Positions 21,156 to 32,268 of a stretch of DNA of 64,000 nt are shown here, one piece after another (the stretch's first letter is position 1; each line of letters begins with the position of its first letter). Both the position numbers and the translations under genes were made by a program. Location of the stretch: the NCBI GenBank assembly GCA_041662205.1, contig JBAZSZ010000001.1:17973-81972 (forward strand). Direction: 5' to 3'. This DNA is from Minisyncoccota bacterium. GTDB lineage: Bacteria; Patescibacteriota; Minisyncoccia; Phycocordibacterales; UBA9973. A model generated the notes under the pieces. The model was not told the DNA's origin. It did not search any database and saw nothing but the letters and a program-made list of their open reading frames with translations.

Positions 21156-24080
21156 ATGCAAGATTTAGAAAAAAAATTTGAAATAGAATACAGCAAGCTA
21201 AATAAAGAACAAAAGAAAGCTGTAGATACAATAGATGGACCGGTGATGGTGGTGGCAGGACCTGGTACAGGCAAAACACAGATTTTAGCTTTGCGGATAG
21301 GAAAGATTCTTTTAGAAACTGATACAAAGGCAGATGGTATTTTGTGTCTCACTTTTACTAATTCCGCAGTAAAAGCTATGCGTGAAAGGTTGAGAAAATA
21401 TATTGGCAAAGAGGCTTCAAATGTCAGAATCTCTACTTTTCATGGTTTTGGAATGGATATTTTAGATAAATATTTTAACGTTCTAGGGCTCGATGAAAAA
21501 CCAGAATTAATGGATGAACGTGATTCAGTCTCTTTATTTGATGATATTTTAAAAAATAATGATTGGGAATATATTCGTCCTAGGGCTAATTCTTCAAGAT
21601 ATTTCAAGGATTTAAAAGGGATGATTTCATTTTTAAAACGGGAGAGAATTTCTCCTCTTAATCTTGAGAATGAAATAAAAAATGAAATTAAGAATATTGA
21701 AAATGATCCAGTTAATATTTCTTCTCGTGGAGAAAGCAAAGGGAAATTAAAAAAAGAAGTAGAAAAGAAGATCGAGGGCTTGTATCGTACACTGGAAGTA
21801 ATGAAATTTTATAATCTTTATGAAAAGACAAAAAAGGAAAAGAATTTATTTGACTACGATGATATTTTAGAATCCCTTGTATTCATTGTCGAAGATTCGG
21901 ATGAAGCGAAGAATTATATTAAAGAAAATTTTCTGTATGTATTGATTGATGAACATCAAGATTCGAGCGGGGTGCAGAATGAATTTTTATTAAAAGTATG
22001 GGGGAAGGAGGAAAAACCGAATATTTTTGTAGTAGGGGATGATCGCCAGCTTATTTACGGCTTCGGGGGAGCATCACTTGAATATTTTGAAAATTTTAAA
22101 AACTCTTTCGGTAAGGCAGAATTAATTATTTTAGAAGAAAATTATCGTTCGACTCAAAAGATTTTAGATTCATCACATGAACTACTACAAAGTTCTATTT
22201 CTAAGGGAAAATTGAAGAGCAACCATAAAGAAAATCATGCCTTGCGTTTGGTTGAAGCTTATTATCCGAGAGATGAGATTATTTTTTTAGCCCTAGAGAT
22301 AAAAGATAAACTCAAGAAAAATTATGATCCAAACGATATAGCTATTTTGGTGCCAAAGAATCACCAAGTGAGAAGTACCGTGGCAATTCTGAAAGATATG
22401 GGTATACCGGTCGCAGGCGGAGAAGCGGTAAATTTTTTTGATGCCCCTCCTTCTGTTTCGTTTTTGCGAGTTTTGAAGATTATTGCCAATCCTGACAATG
22501 GAGCAATGCTGTCCTCATCCTTTTTTGATCCATTGTCGGGAATTCCTCCACTTTTAGCGCACAAATTTTTAAAAGATAAAAAGATGCGAGAATTTTCCTT
22601 GTTGAATGTAGATGTAGAGAAAAATAATTTATTTACTGAAAAAGGTGAAGTAAGTGTTTGGCTGGGAAAATTAAAATTATGGTTGGAATTTTCTACAGGG
22701 CCTCTTTATTCTTTTATTCAAAAAGTAGGTACGGAGTTTCTTCTTGATACTGCTAAAAATCACGAAGAACTCGTCGTTCGAATAGAGATTTTGCGAACAA
22801 TACTTCATTTGGTTTTATTAAAGATAGAAAAAAATCCCAAAATAAACTTAAGTGAATTCTTGGATTTTCTAGATAGAATAGAGGATTACGGAGAAAACAT
22901 ACCGCTTGCCATCTTTGCTCCCAATGAAGGAGTCAAAGTTCTTACTTTACATGGCTCCAAAGGTCTTGAATTTGATTATGTGTGGATAGCGCATATGGAC
23001 GAAAAGTCATTTTCTGGGAGTAGGCGTGAAGGTTTTTCTCTACCTGCTTCTTTGAAAGAAAAGATTGAAAAGAAAGATGAAATAGTTTCAAAAAGAGAAC
23101 TGTATGTAGCGCTTACTCGCGCTAAAAGATTTTGCACTATCTCTTATTCATTAAAATCCTATACTGGAGGTAGCCAAGAGCTCGCTCATATAGTGGAAGA
23201 TATAGTAGATAATTTTGAAAAACAAAATGCTGATGAAACAGAAAAAATAATTCTTAAAAAGAATCCAAAAGTTTATGCTATTTCTGACGCAGAAAGTAAA
23301 AAGCATGCTGGCTTGCAAGACTTGGTAAAATTAGTGGCTCGGGATTATGAAGATCGTAAAATATCAGTATCACTTCTTAATAATTTTTTTGAATGTCCTT
23401 GGAAATGGTATTTTAGAAATTTATTACAACTACCAGAGTCTAAAAGCGAGAGCCTGGAATTTGGGAATACCGTTCATGGCGCCATAGATAAGATTTTAAA
23501 ATTAGAAAAAATACCTAATGAGAAAGAAATAGAAAAAATTGTCGAAAATAATAACGAAATTCTAAAGGTTGTTTCCAGGTGGGTAAAAAATAGATTACCC
23601 GATGTAAGTAAAAAAAGAGAGAATGAAAAAAGTATCTCTGCTCATGCCAAAGAATTTCCGCATTTGAATATTTATGGAAAGATAGATTTAATAGAAATTT
23701 TAGGAAAAGATATGGTGCGAGTGACAGATTTTAAAACCGGAGGGGTAAGAAAAAAAAGCGAAATTGAAAAAATAGATGAAGAGGGAAGAATGAGCAGTTA
23801 TATGCGTCAGCTTGCCATGTATTCGTTTTTGATAAAACAAAGTTCAAAAAAAGAGGTAGAGGTATCACGTTTAGAATTTTTAGAAGCAAAAAACGAAAAA
23901 GAAAGTATTTACGATACAGTGATCAAAAAAGAGCAGATTGAGCTACTCTTAAAAGACATCAAAGATTATGACGATTTGGTTAAAAATGGAGAGTGGATAA
24001 ATAGATCTTGTAATTATAATTCTTATGGTAAACATACTGAATGCGAATATTGCAAAATGGCAGAAATTTATAAATCCTGA
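21156..24080 (+). CDS. UvrD/PcrA-type SF1 helicase fused to a C-terminal PD-(D/E)xK (Cas4/AddB-like) nuclease with a Cys cluster
   Basis: Walker A AGPGTGKTQIL, VLIDEHQD (motif II) and the helicase motif YRST. C-terminal nuclease motifs GKIDLIEIL...VTDFKTG, with cysteines at ECPWKW and CNYNSYGKHTECEYC. Confidence 0.8.
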   Translation: MQDLEKKFEIEYSKLNKEQKKAVDTIDGPVMVVAGPGTGKTQILALRIGKILLETDTKADGILCLTFTNSAVKAMRERLRKYIGKEASNVRISTFHGFGMDILDKYFNVLGLDEKPELMDERDSVSLFDDILKNNDWEYIRPRANSSRYFKDLKGMISFLKRERISPLNLENEIKNEIKNIENDPVNISSRGESKGKLKKEVEKKIEGLYRTLEVMKFYNLYEKTKKEKNLFDYDDILESLVFIVEDSDEAKNYIKENFLYVLIDEHQDSSGVQNEFLLKVWGKEEKPNIFVVGDDRQLIYGFGGASLEYFENFKNSFGKAELIILEENYRSTQKILDSSHELLQSSISKGKLKSNHKENHALRLVEAYYPRDEIIFLALEIKDKLKKNYDPNDIAILVPKNHQVRSTVAILKDMGIPVAGGEAVNFFDAPPSVSFLRVLKIIANPDNGAMLSSSFFDPLSGIPPLLAHKFLKDKKMREFSLLNVDVEKNNLFTEKGEVSVWLGKLKLWLEFSTGPLYSFIQKVGTEFLLDTAKNHEELVVRIEILRTILHLVLLKIEKNPKINLSEFLDFLDRIEDYGENIPLAIFAPNEGVKVLTLHGSKGLEFDYVWIAHMDEKSFSGSRREGFSLPASLKEKIEKKDEIVSKRELYVALTRAKRFCTISYSLKSYTGGSQELAHIVEDIVDNFEKQNADETEKIILKKNPKVYAISDAESKKHAGLQDLVKLVARDYEDRKISVSLLNNFFECPWKWYFRNLLQLPESKSESLEFGNTVHGAIDKILKLEKIPNEKEIEKIVENNNEILKVVSRWVKNRLPDVSKKRENEKSISAHAKEFPHLNIYGKIDLIEILGKDMVRVTDFKTGGVRKKSEIEKIDEEGRMSSYMRQLAMYSFLIKQSSKKEVEVSRLEFLEAKNEKESIYDTVIKKEQIELLLKDIKDYDDLVKNGEWINRSCNYNSYGKHTECEYCKMAEIYKS

Positions 24081-24092
24081 TAGAATAAAAAA

Positions 24093-24827
24093 ATGGACGA
24101 GAAAAACAAAAAAGGTTTATCCGCTGTGGCGGGAACGATACACCCGCTTTCCTTATTGGCACAGGAAGCTTACCAAGCTTTTTCTGATATGGGTTTTGAA
24201 ATTGCGACTGGACCCGAGCTAGAAAGTGAATGGTATAATTTTGATGTTTTAAATGTCCCCAAAGACCATCCAGCGCGCGATATGCAGGACACTTTTATAA
24301 TTAAAAATGCAAAGGAGAAAGTATTGAGAACCCATACTACGTCTGCCACAGCACGTGCAGTAGAACAGGCGGGCAAAGATGGAAGAATGCCTTGCGCTTT
24401 TATTTCTGTAGGTAAAGTTTTTCGAAATGAAGCTACTGATGCTACTCACGAAATGCAATTTTATCAGATAGATGGAATTATGGTGGGTGATATAAAAGAT
24501 GGTATTTCTATTGGGAATTTAAAAGGTGTACTCACACAGTTTTATAAAAAGATGTTAGGTGAAAATACTGAAATAGAATTTCGTCCTAGTTTTTTCCCTT
24601 TTACTGAGCCTTCTCTCGAAGTCCATGCAAAATTTAATGGGCGTTGGCTTGAAATGATGGGGGCGGGGATGCTTCATCCTAATGTTTTACGCAATTGTGG
24701 TCTTGATCCAGCGAAAGTTCAAGGATTTGCTTTTGGTGGTGGTCTTGATCGTATCGCAATGATCAAATGGAATATTCCGGATGTAAGATTTTTTTATCAA
24801 GGAGATTTACGTATTAATCAGTTTTAA
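24093..24827 (+). CDS. pheS: phenylalanine--tRNA ligase alpha subunit, short form
   Basis: Class II core FRPSFFPFTEPSLEV and GAGMLHPNVL. At 244 aa it lacks the usual N-terminal extension. Confidence 0.85.
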   Translation: MDEKNKKGLSAVAGTIHPLSLLAQEAYQAFSDMGFEIATGPELESEWYNFDVLNVPKDHPARDMQDTFIIKNAKEKVLRTHTTSATARAVEQAGKDGRMPCAFISVGKVFRNEATDATHEMQFYQIDGIMVGDIKDGISIGNLKGVLTQFYKKMLGENTEIEFRPSFFPFTEPSLEVHAKFNGRWLEMMGAGMLHPNVLRNCGLDPAKVQGFAFGGGLDRIAMIKWNIPDVRFFYQGDLRINQF

Positions 24828-24840
24828 AAATAAAATTCAG

Positions 24841-26646
24841 ATGAAAATTTCTTTTAATTGGCTAAAAAGTTATATACCTGATGCACCAGGCACAGACAAG
24901 CTTGTGGATATTTTTAATTATCATCTTTGTGAAGTTGAGAGTGTTGATAAAAAAGGGGATGACACAATATTTGATATAAATATTTTGCCAAATCGGGCGC
25001 ATGATTTACTTTCACACTTTGGTGTGGCTCGAGAGCTCGCTTCTCTTTTGGATATAAAGTTTACTGACCCAACTCTTAAATATAAAATTCCAGAGTCTAA
25101 ACCGACTGATTTAAAAATTGATGTAGAAAATGATAAATGCCGAAGATATATGGGGAGAGTTATACATAATGTGAAGGTCGAGCCTTCGCCAGAATGGGTA
25201 GTAAAACATTTAGAATCGATAGGGCAAAGAAGTATAAATAATATTGTAGATGCTACTAATATTGTGATGTATGACTGTGGTCAGCCGACACATGTTTTTG
25301 ATTTAGATAAGGTGAATGATGGGTTAGTGATAAGGATGGCAAAAGATGGAGAAGAACTTACTACTTTGGATAATAAAAAATGCAATTTAAAATCTTCTAA
25401 CTTGGTTATTGCTGATACAAAAAATGCTTTGGCCGTTGCTGGAGTAAAAGGAGGAAAAATCGCTGAAGTGGATAGTAATACTAAAAATATTATTTTAGAG
25501 GTTGCAAATTTTGATCCAACATCAGTACGTAAAACAGCTCAAGCATTGAATATTTTTACAGATTCAAAAAAACGTTTTGAGAATGACTTGTCACCCGAAC
25601 TTAGTTCTTACGCTATGCAGGAACTTTCTGCATTAATTTTGGAAATGTGCCCAAATGCTATTTTTGAAGATATAGTGGACGTGTATCCTGTAAAACAAGA
25701 GGAGAGAAAATTAAATTTTTCTATTGATAAAATTTCTAAAATTTTAGGTTTGGATGTCTCTATTGATGAGATAAAAGATGTTTTAAAAAGATATAATTTT
25801 GAATATAAAGAGAATGATGGAAAATTTGAAATTGTAGTACCACAAATGCGTTTTGATTTGGCAATTGAAGAGGATATGGCTGAAGAAATTGGCAGAGTTT
25901 TAGGTTATGACAAAGTAAAAGGACAAATACCTAAAATTAATTTTGAACCAAAACAAAATGAAATTTATTCACAAATACTCTTTGCGCGAAATAAATTATT
26001 AGAAGATGGATATTCAGAAGTGATGAATAGCAGTTTTTGTGATGTTGGAGAGGTGGAGGTTCTGGCTTCTGCTTCTGATAAGAATTTTTTAAGGACGAAT
26101 CTAATAGATGGGTTGAAAGAAAGCTTGAAATTAAATCAAGCGAATTCTCCACTTTTAGGAATAGACAAAGTCAAAATTTTTGAAATTGGAACTATTTTTA
26201 AGAAAAATGGGGAAGAAATGCACGTGGCTTATAGTGATAAGAAGGAAATTAAAGAAGTTGGTTTAGATGAATTTTGTGCAGAAATGCTGGCACAGAAAAA
26301 TTTAGTCGCTCCTTCCGCAAGCGGGGTCCCACGCGAGCAAAATTTTTCTGTGCCAGCATTTAAAATGTGGTCATTGTTTCCTTTTATTGCGCGTGATATT
26401 GCTGTGTGGGTGCCGGAGGAAATAACGAGTGAAGAAGTCGCTAAGATTATAGAGGAAAATATGGGGGAGATGGTGGTGCGAGGACCGGAGATTTTTGATG
26501 AATTTAAAAAGGATGGAAAAATTTCTTATGCTTTTAGGTTGGTTTTTCAATCTTATGAAAGGACTTTGAATGATCAAGAAGTGAACGATATTATGATTAA
26601 AATAACTGATAAAATAAAGGAAAATACTGATTGGCAAGTGAGGTAA
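24841..26646 (+). CDS. pheT: phenylalanine--tRNA ligase beta subunit, reduced form
   Basis: N-terminal MKISFNWLKSYI, B3/B4 and FDX-ACB-like C-terminus. At 601 aa it lacks the Myf tRNA-binding domain. It immediately follows pheS. Confidence 0.8.
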   Translation: MKISFNWLKSYIPDAPGTDKLVDIFNYHLCEVESVDKKGDDTIFDINILPNRAHDLLSHFGVARELASLLDIKFTDPTLKYKIPESKPTDLKIDVENDKCRRYMGRVIHNVKVEPSPEWVVKHLESIGQRSINNIVDATNIVMYDCGQPTHVFDLDKVNDGLVIRMAKDGEELTTLDNKKCNLKSSNLVIADTKNALAVAGVKGGKIAEVDSNTKNIILEVANFDPTSVRKTAQALNIFTDSKKRFENDLSPELSSYAMQELSALILEMCPNAIFEDIVDVYPVKQEERKLNFSIDKISKILGLDVSIDEIKDVLKRYNFEYKENDGKFEIVVPQMRFDLAIEEDMAEEIGRVLGYDKVKGQIPKINFEPKQNEIYSQILFARNKLLEDGYSEVMNSSFCDVGEVEVLASASDKNFLRTNLIDGLKESLKLNQANSPLLGIDKVKIFEIGTIFKKNGEEMHVAYSDKKEIKEVGLDEFCAEMLAQKNLVAPSASGVPREQNFSVPAFKMWSLFPFIARDIAVWVPEEITSEEVAKIIEENMGEMVVRGPEIFDEFKKDGKISYAFRLVFQSYERTLNDQEVNDIMIKITDKIKENTDWQVR

Positions 26647-26675
26647 ATTTTGCTATAATACTATCAGTAGATAGG

Positions 26676-28813
<2,138 letters not shown>

Positions 28814-28829
28814 TAAATATCTAGAACAA

Positions 28830-28943
28830 CTAAAGCACAGAAAGAAGAGAAAGAACGACTCCAAGAATTATACCAATAAACATTCCAGCGATGCCGTAAA
28901 AGAAAAAACCGATTATAGCAAATAAAATTATAAGAAAAAGCAT
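28830..28943 (-). CDS. possible 37-aa hydrophobic micropeptide (single TM)
   Basis: ATG...TAG ORF not in the track because it is under 60 aa: MLFLIILFAIIGFFFYGIAGMFIGIILGVVLSLLSVL. It fills the gap between gyrB and thrS. It has no SD and no homology that I can recognise. Confidence 0.2.
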   Translation of the reverse strand: MLFLIILFAIIGFFFYGIAGMFIGIILGVVLSLLSVL

Positions 28944-28947
28944 TATT

Positions 28948-30213
28948 TTATTTTTTATTTTTAATTTCTTCTAAAAGTTTTGTCACCAATTCTTCTTTTG
29001 TTATTTGGCCTAGCTGACCAGCGTCGCGGGATTCGAGGGTTACTTTTCCAGCTTCTATTTCTTTATCACCAATGACGATCCAGTAGGGGATTTTATTATT
29101 CTTAGCATCTCGGACTTTTCCACCAAGATTTTTCTCTTCAACATCAAGCTCAGTGCGAATATTGTTTTCTTTTAATAATTCAAAAACTTGTTTTGCGTAT
29201 CCATTGTGATTTTCTCGTACAGGTATAACTTTTACTTGCACTGGTGAGAGCCAGAGAGGAAAGGCGCCTGAGTAGTGTTCGATTAAAACTGCGGCGCATC
29301 TTTCTATGGAGCCAGTAATAGCAGAATGAATCATCACGATGCGTTCTTTTTCTCCTTTTTCATTTACACAAGTTAGATCAAATCTCTCCGGCAAATTCAT
29401 ATCTAGCTGGATGGTTGCCACTTGCCATTCTTTTCCAGCTTTATTTTTTGCCATGAAGTCTAATTTGGGTCCATAAAGTGCAGCTTCCCCTAATCCTTCA
29501 AAATAATCTGCGCCTCGTTCCTCTGCAATACTACGAAGTTCGCTTTCTGCTGTATCCCAAATCTCCTTAGTACCAAGATATTTTTGAGGTTCTTTTGGAT
29601 CTCGAAATGATAAACGAACTTTTAAAGTGAATCCAAATGCTTTGTAAAATGTATCAATGATATCCCAAATTTTTAAAAATTCATCTTTAATTTGATTGGT
29701 GCGACAAAAGACATGTGAATCGTCTTGAGTAATGGAAAGCACACGAGTGAGTCCTCCTAGCTCGCCTGATTGTTCATCTCTATAAACCATGGTTGTTTCT
29801 GCGTACCTTTGTGGCATTTCTCTGTATGAGTGAGGCTTACGAGCAAAGATTTGAGTGTGGTGTGGGCAGTTCATTGGTTTGATTGCGTATTCTTTACCTT
29901 CTCTTGAAGTAAGTTTGAAAAGATCTTCTGCAAATTTTTCCCAATGTCCTGAAGTTTGATATAATTCTTTTTTTGTAATATGAGGGATAGTTACTCTACT
30001 ATAGTTGTGTTTTGAGCGAAGTTGCCAGACGAATTTATCTAGTTCTTCTCGGATAATTGTACCTTTTGGTGTCCAAAGTGGCAGACCTGGTCCAACAAGC
30101 TCAGAGAAGGTAAATAAATCAAGTTCCTTGCCTATAATTCTATGATCATTTTTATCCATTTCATTTTCTTTTTCCATAGTTTTCATCTTATCACATTTTA
30201 TTTTGCTTTTCAT
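28948..30213 (-). CDS. thrS: threonine--tRNA ligase, catalytic plus anticodon-binding domains only (no N-terminal TGS/editing domains)
   Basis: DHRIIGKELDLFTF start of the class II core, IQLDMNLPERFDLT, and a C-terminal anticodon-binding fold. 421 aa against about 640 for full-length bacterial ThrRS. Confidence 0.8.
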   Translation of the reverse strand: MKSKIKCDKMKTMEKENEMDKNDHRIIGKELDLFTFSELVGPGLPLWTPKGTIIREELDKFVWQLRSKHNYSRVTIPHITKKELYQTSGHWEKFAEDLFKLTSREGKEYAIKPMNCPHHTQIFARKPHSYREMPQRYAETTMVYRDEQSGELGGLTRVLSITQDDSHVFCRTNQIKDEFLKIWDIIDTFYKAFGFTLKVRLSFRDPKEPQKYLGTKEIWDTAESELRSIAEERGADYFEGLGEAALYGPKLDFMAKNKAGKEWQVATIQLDMNLPERFDLTCVNEKGEKERIVMIHSAITGSIERCAAVLIEHYSGAFPLWLSPVQVKVIPVRENHNGYAKQVFELLKENNIRTELDVEEKNLGGKVRDAKNNKIPYWIVIGDKEIEAGKVTLESRDAGQLGQITKEELVTKLLEEIKNKK

Positions 30214-30239
30214 CTATAATATGCTAGGATAGAAACATT

Positions 30240-30470
30240 ATGGTAGTACGAATGAGACATACAAAATCGCATACAAAGAACCGACGTTCTCACCACGCTT
30301 TGGAGAGTACTAGTTTTTCTAAGTGCGAAAATTGCAAAGCTTTAAAAAGACGCCACACAGTCTGCTCTGGTTGTGGTTTTTATAGGGGGAAAAAGGTTTT
30401 AGATTTAATCAAAAAGACAGAAAAGAAGCAGGCAAAAGCGAAGGCAAAAAAGGCAGAGGAAAATAAATAA
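30240..30470 (+). CDS. rpmF: 50S ribosomal protein L32
   Basis: MVVRMRHTKSHTKNRRSHHAL and a Zn-ribbon CENC...CSGCG, with a Lys/Ala-rich C-terminal extension. Confidence 0.85.
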   Translation: MVVRMRHTKSHTKNRRSHHALESTSFSKCENCKALKRRHTVCSGCGFYRGKKVLDLIKKTEKKQAKAKAKKAEENK

Positions 30471-30475
30471 ATATA

Positions 30476-30565
30476 CCTCACCCCGCCCAAAAAGTGTTTG
30501 GGCACCCCTCTCCTTATTAAGGAGAGGGGATGGGGGTGAGGTGAATTAAGGAATTCACCTCAGCA
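30476..30565 (+). other. GC-rich nested multi-hairpin region between rpmF and nusB (terminator/attenuator-like)
   Basis: Outer stem CCTCACCCC/GGGGTGAGG (30476-30484 with 30534-30542) enclosing GCCCAAA-aagtg-TTTGGGC and CCCCTCTCCTT-att-AAGGAGAGGGG, followed by GTGAATT-aagg-AATTCAC. Confidence 0.5.
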
Positions 30566-30571
30566 AATTTT

Positions 30572-31537
30572 ATGGCAAATAGGCACCTTTCCAGATCAAT
30601 AGTTCTCCAGACGCTTTTTGAGTGGGATTTCTTGTCTGCACAGGCGGATGTGTCCACTAATAAAAAAAAGGCTAATCTCACAGTTGAAGAAATAAAAGAA
30701 GTCTTAAAAAGAAATTTGAAAGAATTTGCTCCTGGTTTTGAAGATGATGTTTTTGTATTTTCACTTATTGACCAAATTTTAAAAAAGCGAGCAGTGATCG
30801 ATGAAATTATAGAAAAAGCTGCGCCAGACTGGCCACTTGATAAAATTTCTATTATTGATAGAAATATTTTGAGGATTGGTTTAGCAGAGCTTATTTTTGG
30901 TGACAGAAATGAAGTTCCTCCTAAAGTAGCTATCAATGAGGCAATAGAATTAGCGAAAACTTTTGGTGGAGAAAATTCCAGTAAATTTATTAATGGTGTG
31001 CTCGGCGCAGTTTATAAAGAGATAGGTGAGCCAGGCAAGGATCAAGTCAGTAAAAAAAAGAAAAATGAAGAAATTTTAGATATCACTAAATTGCCAATTG
31101 ATAAAAAAGGTGGAGCTATTGTTTATGCCAAGAAAGATAATAAAAAGAATGGTGAGACAATGTTTGCTTTAGTGCATGACGTTTTTGGATATTGGACTAT
31201 TTCCAAAGGAAGTGTCGAAGAAGGTGAAAATGAGGATGAAGCGACAGTCAGAGAGATAAAAGAAGAAATAGGACTTGATATAAAAATAGAAGAAAAATTA
31301 GGAGAGAATGAATATGTCGCTACGCACCCCCAGAATGGAAAAAGTTTAAAGAAAGTTGTTTATTTTTTGGCAAAGAGCGAGTACAAAGAACTCGTATTAG
31401 AAAAATCCGGGGGATTAGACGGGGCAAGATGGTTCGAGCTTTCTGAAATTCCAAAACTTCGTATTTATAACGATATAATACCTTTATTTAGTAAGGCGAT
31501 TGAGATTATTAGTAATAAAAAGAGCATCGCGCCTTAA
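30572..31537 (+). CDS. nusB: transcription antitermination factor NusB fused to a C-terminal NUDIX hydrolase domain
   Basis: N-terminal 150 aa NusB-like (LSRSIVLQTLFEWDF...AELIFGD). C-terminal domain with a perfect NUDIX box GSVEEGENEDEATVREIKEEIGL (GX5EX7REUXEEXGU). Confidence 0.8.
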   Translation: MANRHLSRSIVLQTLFEWDFLSAQADVSTNKKKANLTVEEIKEVLKRNLKEFAPGFEDDVFVFSLIDQILKKRAVIDEIIEKAAPDWPLDKISIIDRNILRIGLAELIFGDRNEVPPKVAINEAIELAKTFGGENSSKFINGVLGAVYKEIGEPGKDQVSKKKKNEEILDITKLPIDKKGGAIVYAKKDNKKNGETMFALVHDVFGYWTISKGSVEEGENEDEATVREIKEEIGLDIKIEEKLGENEYVATHPQNGKSLKKVVYFLAKSEYKELVLEKSGGLDGARWFELSEIPKLRIYNDIIPLFSKAIEIISNKKSIAP

Positions 31538-31571
31538 TGGACTTGCGCGACGTGATTTCGCTAAATCAATG
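31522..31571 (+). promoter_or_regulatory. copy A of the conserved start-codon-abutting module (upstream of rnc, overlapping the nusB 3' end)
   Basis: aTCGCGCcttaatGGACttGCGCGACgTGATTTcgctAAATCAATG. Coordinates are approximate to within 1-2 nt. Confidence 0.5.
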
Positions 31572-32264
31572 ATACAATTTTCAGATTTCGAAAAAAAAAT
31601 AAAAGTAATTTTTAAAGATAAGAATTTATTAAAACAGTCATTTACGCATCGTTCTTATATAAATGAAAATGGAGCGGCCAATATTTCTCACAACGAACGT
31701 TTAGAGTTTTTAGGAGATGCAGTACTTGAGCTTATCGTTACAGATTTTCTCTATAAAAAATATCCAAATTATCCAGAAGGAAAATTGACCGCCCTTCGTT
31801 CTGCTCTCGTGAATGCTATTATTATTTCTGAAATTGCTTTATCTATAGGAATGAATGATTATCTGCTTTTGTCCAAAGGTGAAGCAAAAGATTTTGGTAA
31901 AGCGAGGCAGTATATTTTAGCAAATACTTATGAGGCATTTATTGGGGCAATGTATTTAGATCAAGGATATGAGATCGTAAATAAATTTGTGACTGAAACT
32001 CTTTTAGGAAAGACTGAAGAAATAGTAAAGAAAAAACTTTGGCGTGATGCGAAAAGTTTAGTGCAAGAAAAAGCGCAAGAATTTGTATCAGTCACTCCCG
32101 CTTATAAAGTATTGCAACAATCAGGCCCAGATCATGATAAACACTTTACTATAGGTATTTATTTCGGAACAGATTTAATAGCTGAAGGAAAGGGACAAAG
32201 CAAACAAGAAGCCGAACAAAAGGCAGCCGAAAATGCACTAAAAGTAAAAAATTGGTTAGACTAA
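31569..32264 (+). CDS. rnc: ribonuclease III
   Basis: RNase III signature ERLEFLGDAVLELIV and a C-terminal dsRBD. The start is chosen at the internal ATG (MIQFSDFEKK...) that abuts the conserved module. The track ORF begins 69 nt earlier inside nusB. Confidence 0.85.
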   Translation: MIQFSDFEKKIKVIFKDKNLLKQSFTHRSYINENGAANISHNERLEFLGDAVLELIVTDFLYKKYPNYPEGKLTALRSALVNAIIISEIALSIGMNDYLLLSKGEAKDFGKARQYILANTYEAFIGAMYLDQGYEIVNKFVTETLLGKTEEIVKKKLWRDAKSLVQEKAQEFVSVTPAYKVLQQSGPDHDKHFTIGIYFGTDLIAEGKGQSKQEAEQKAAENALKVKNWLD

Positions 32265-32268
32265 AAAA

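Noticed and set aside
31500-31568. Extended N-terminus for rnc starting inside nusB
   Set aside because: The extension (MRLLVIKRASRLNGLARRDFAKS) is simply the conserved upstream module read in frame. The canonical RNase III N-terminus begins at the internal Met, which abuts the module exactly as in the three other copies.
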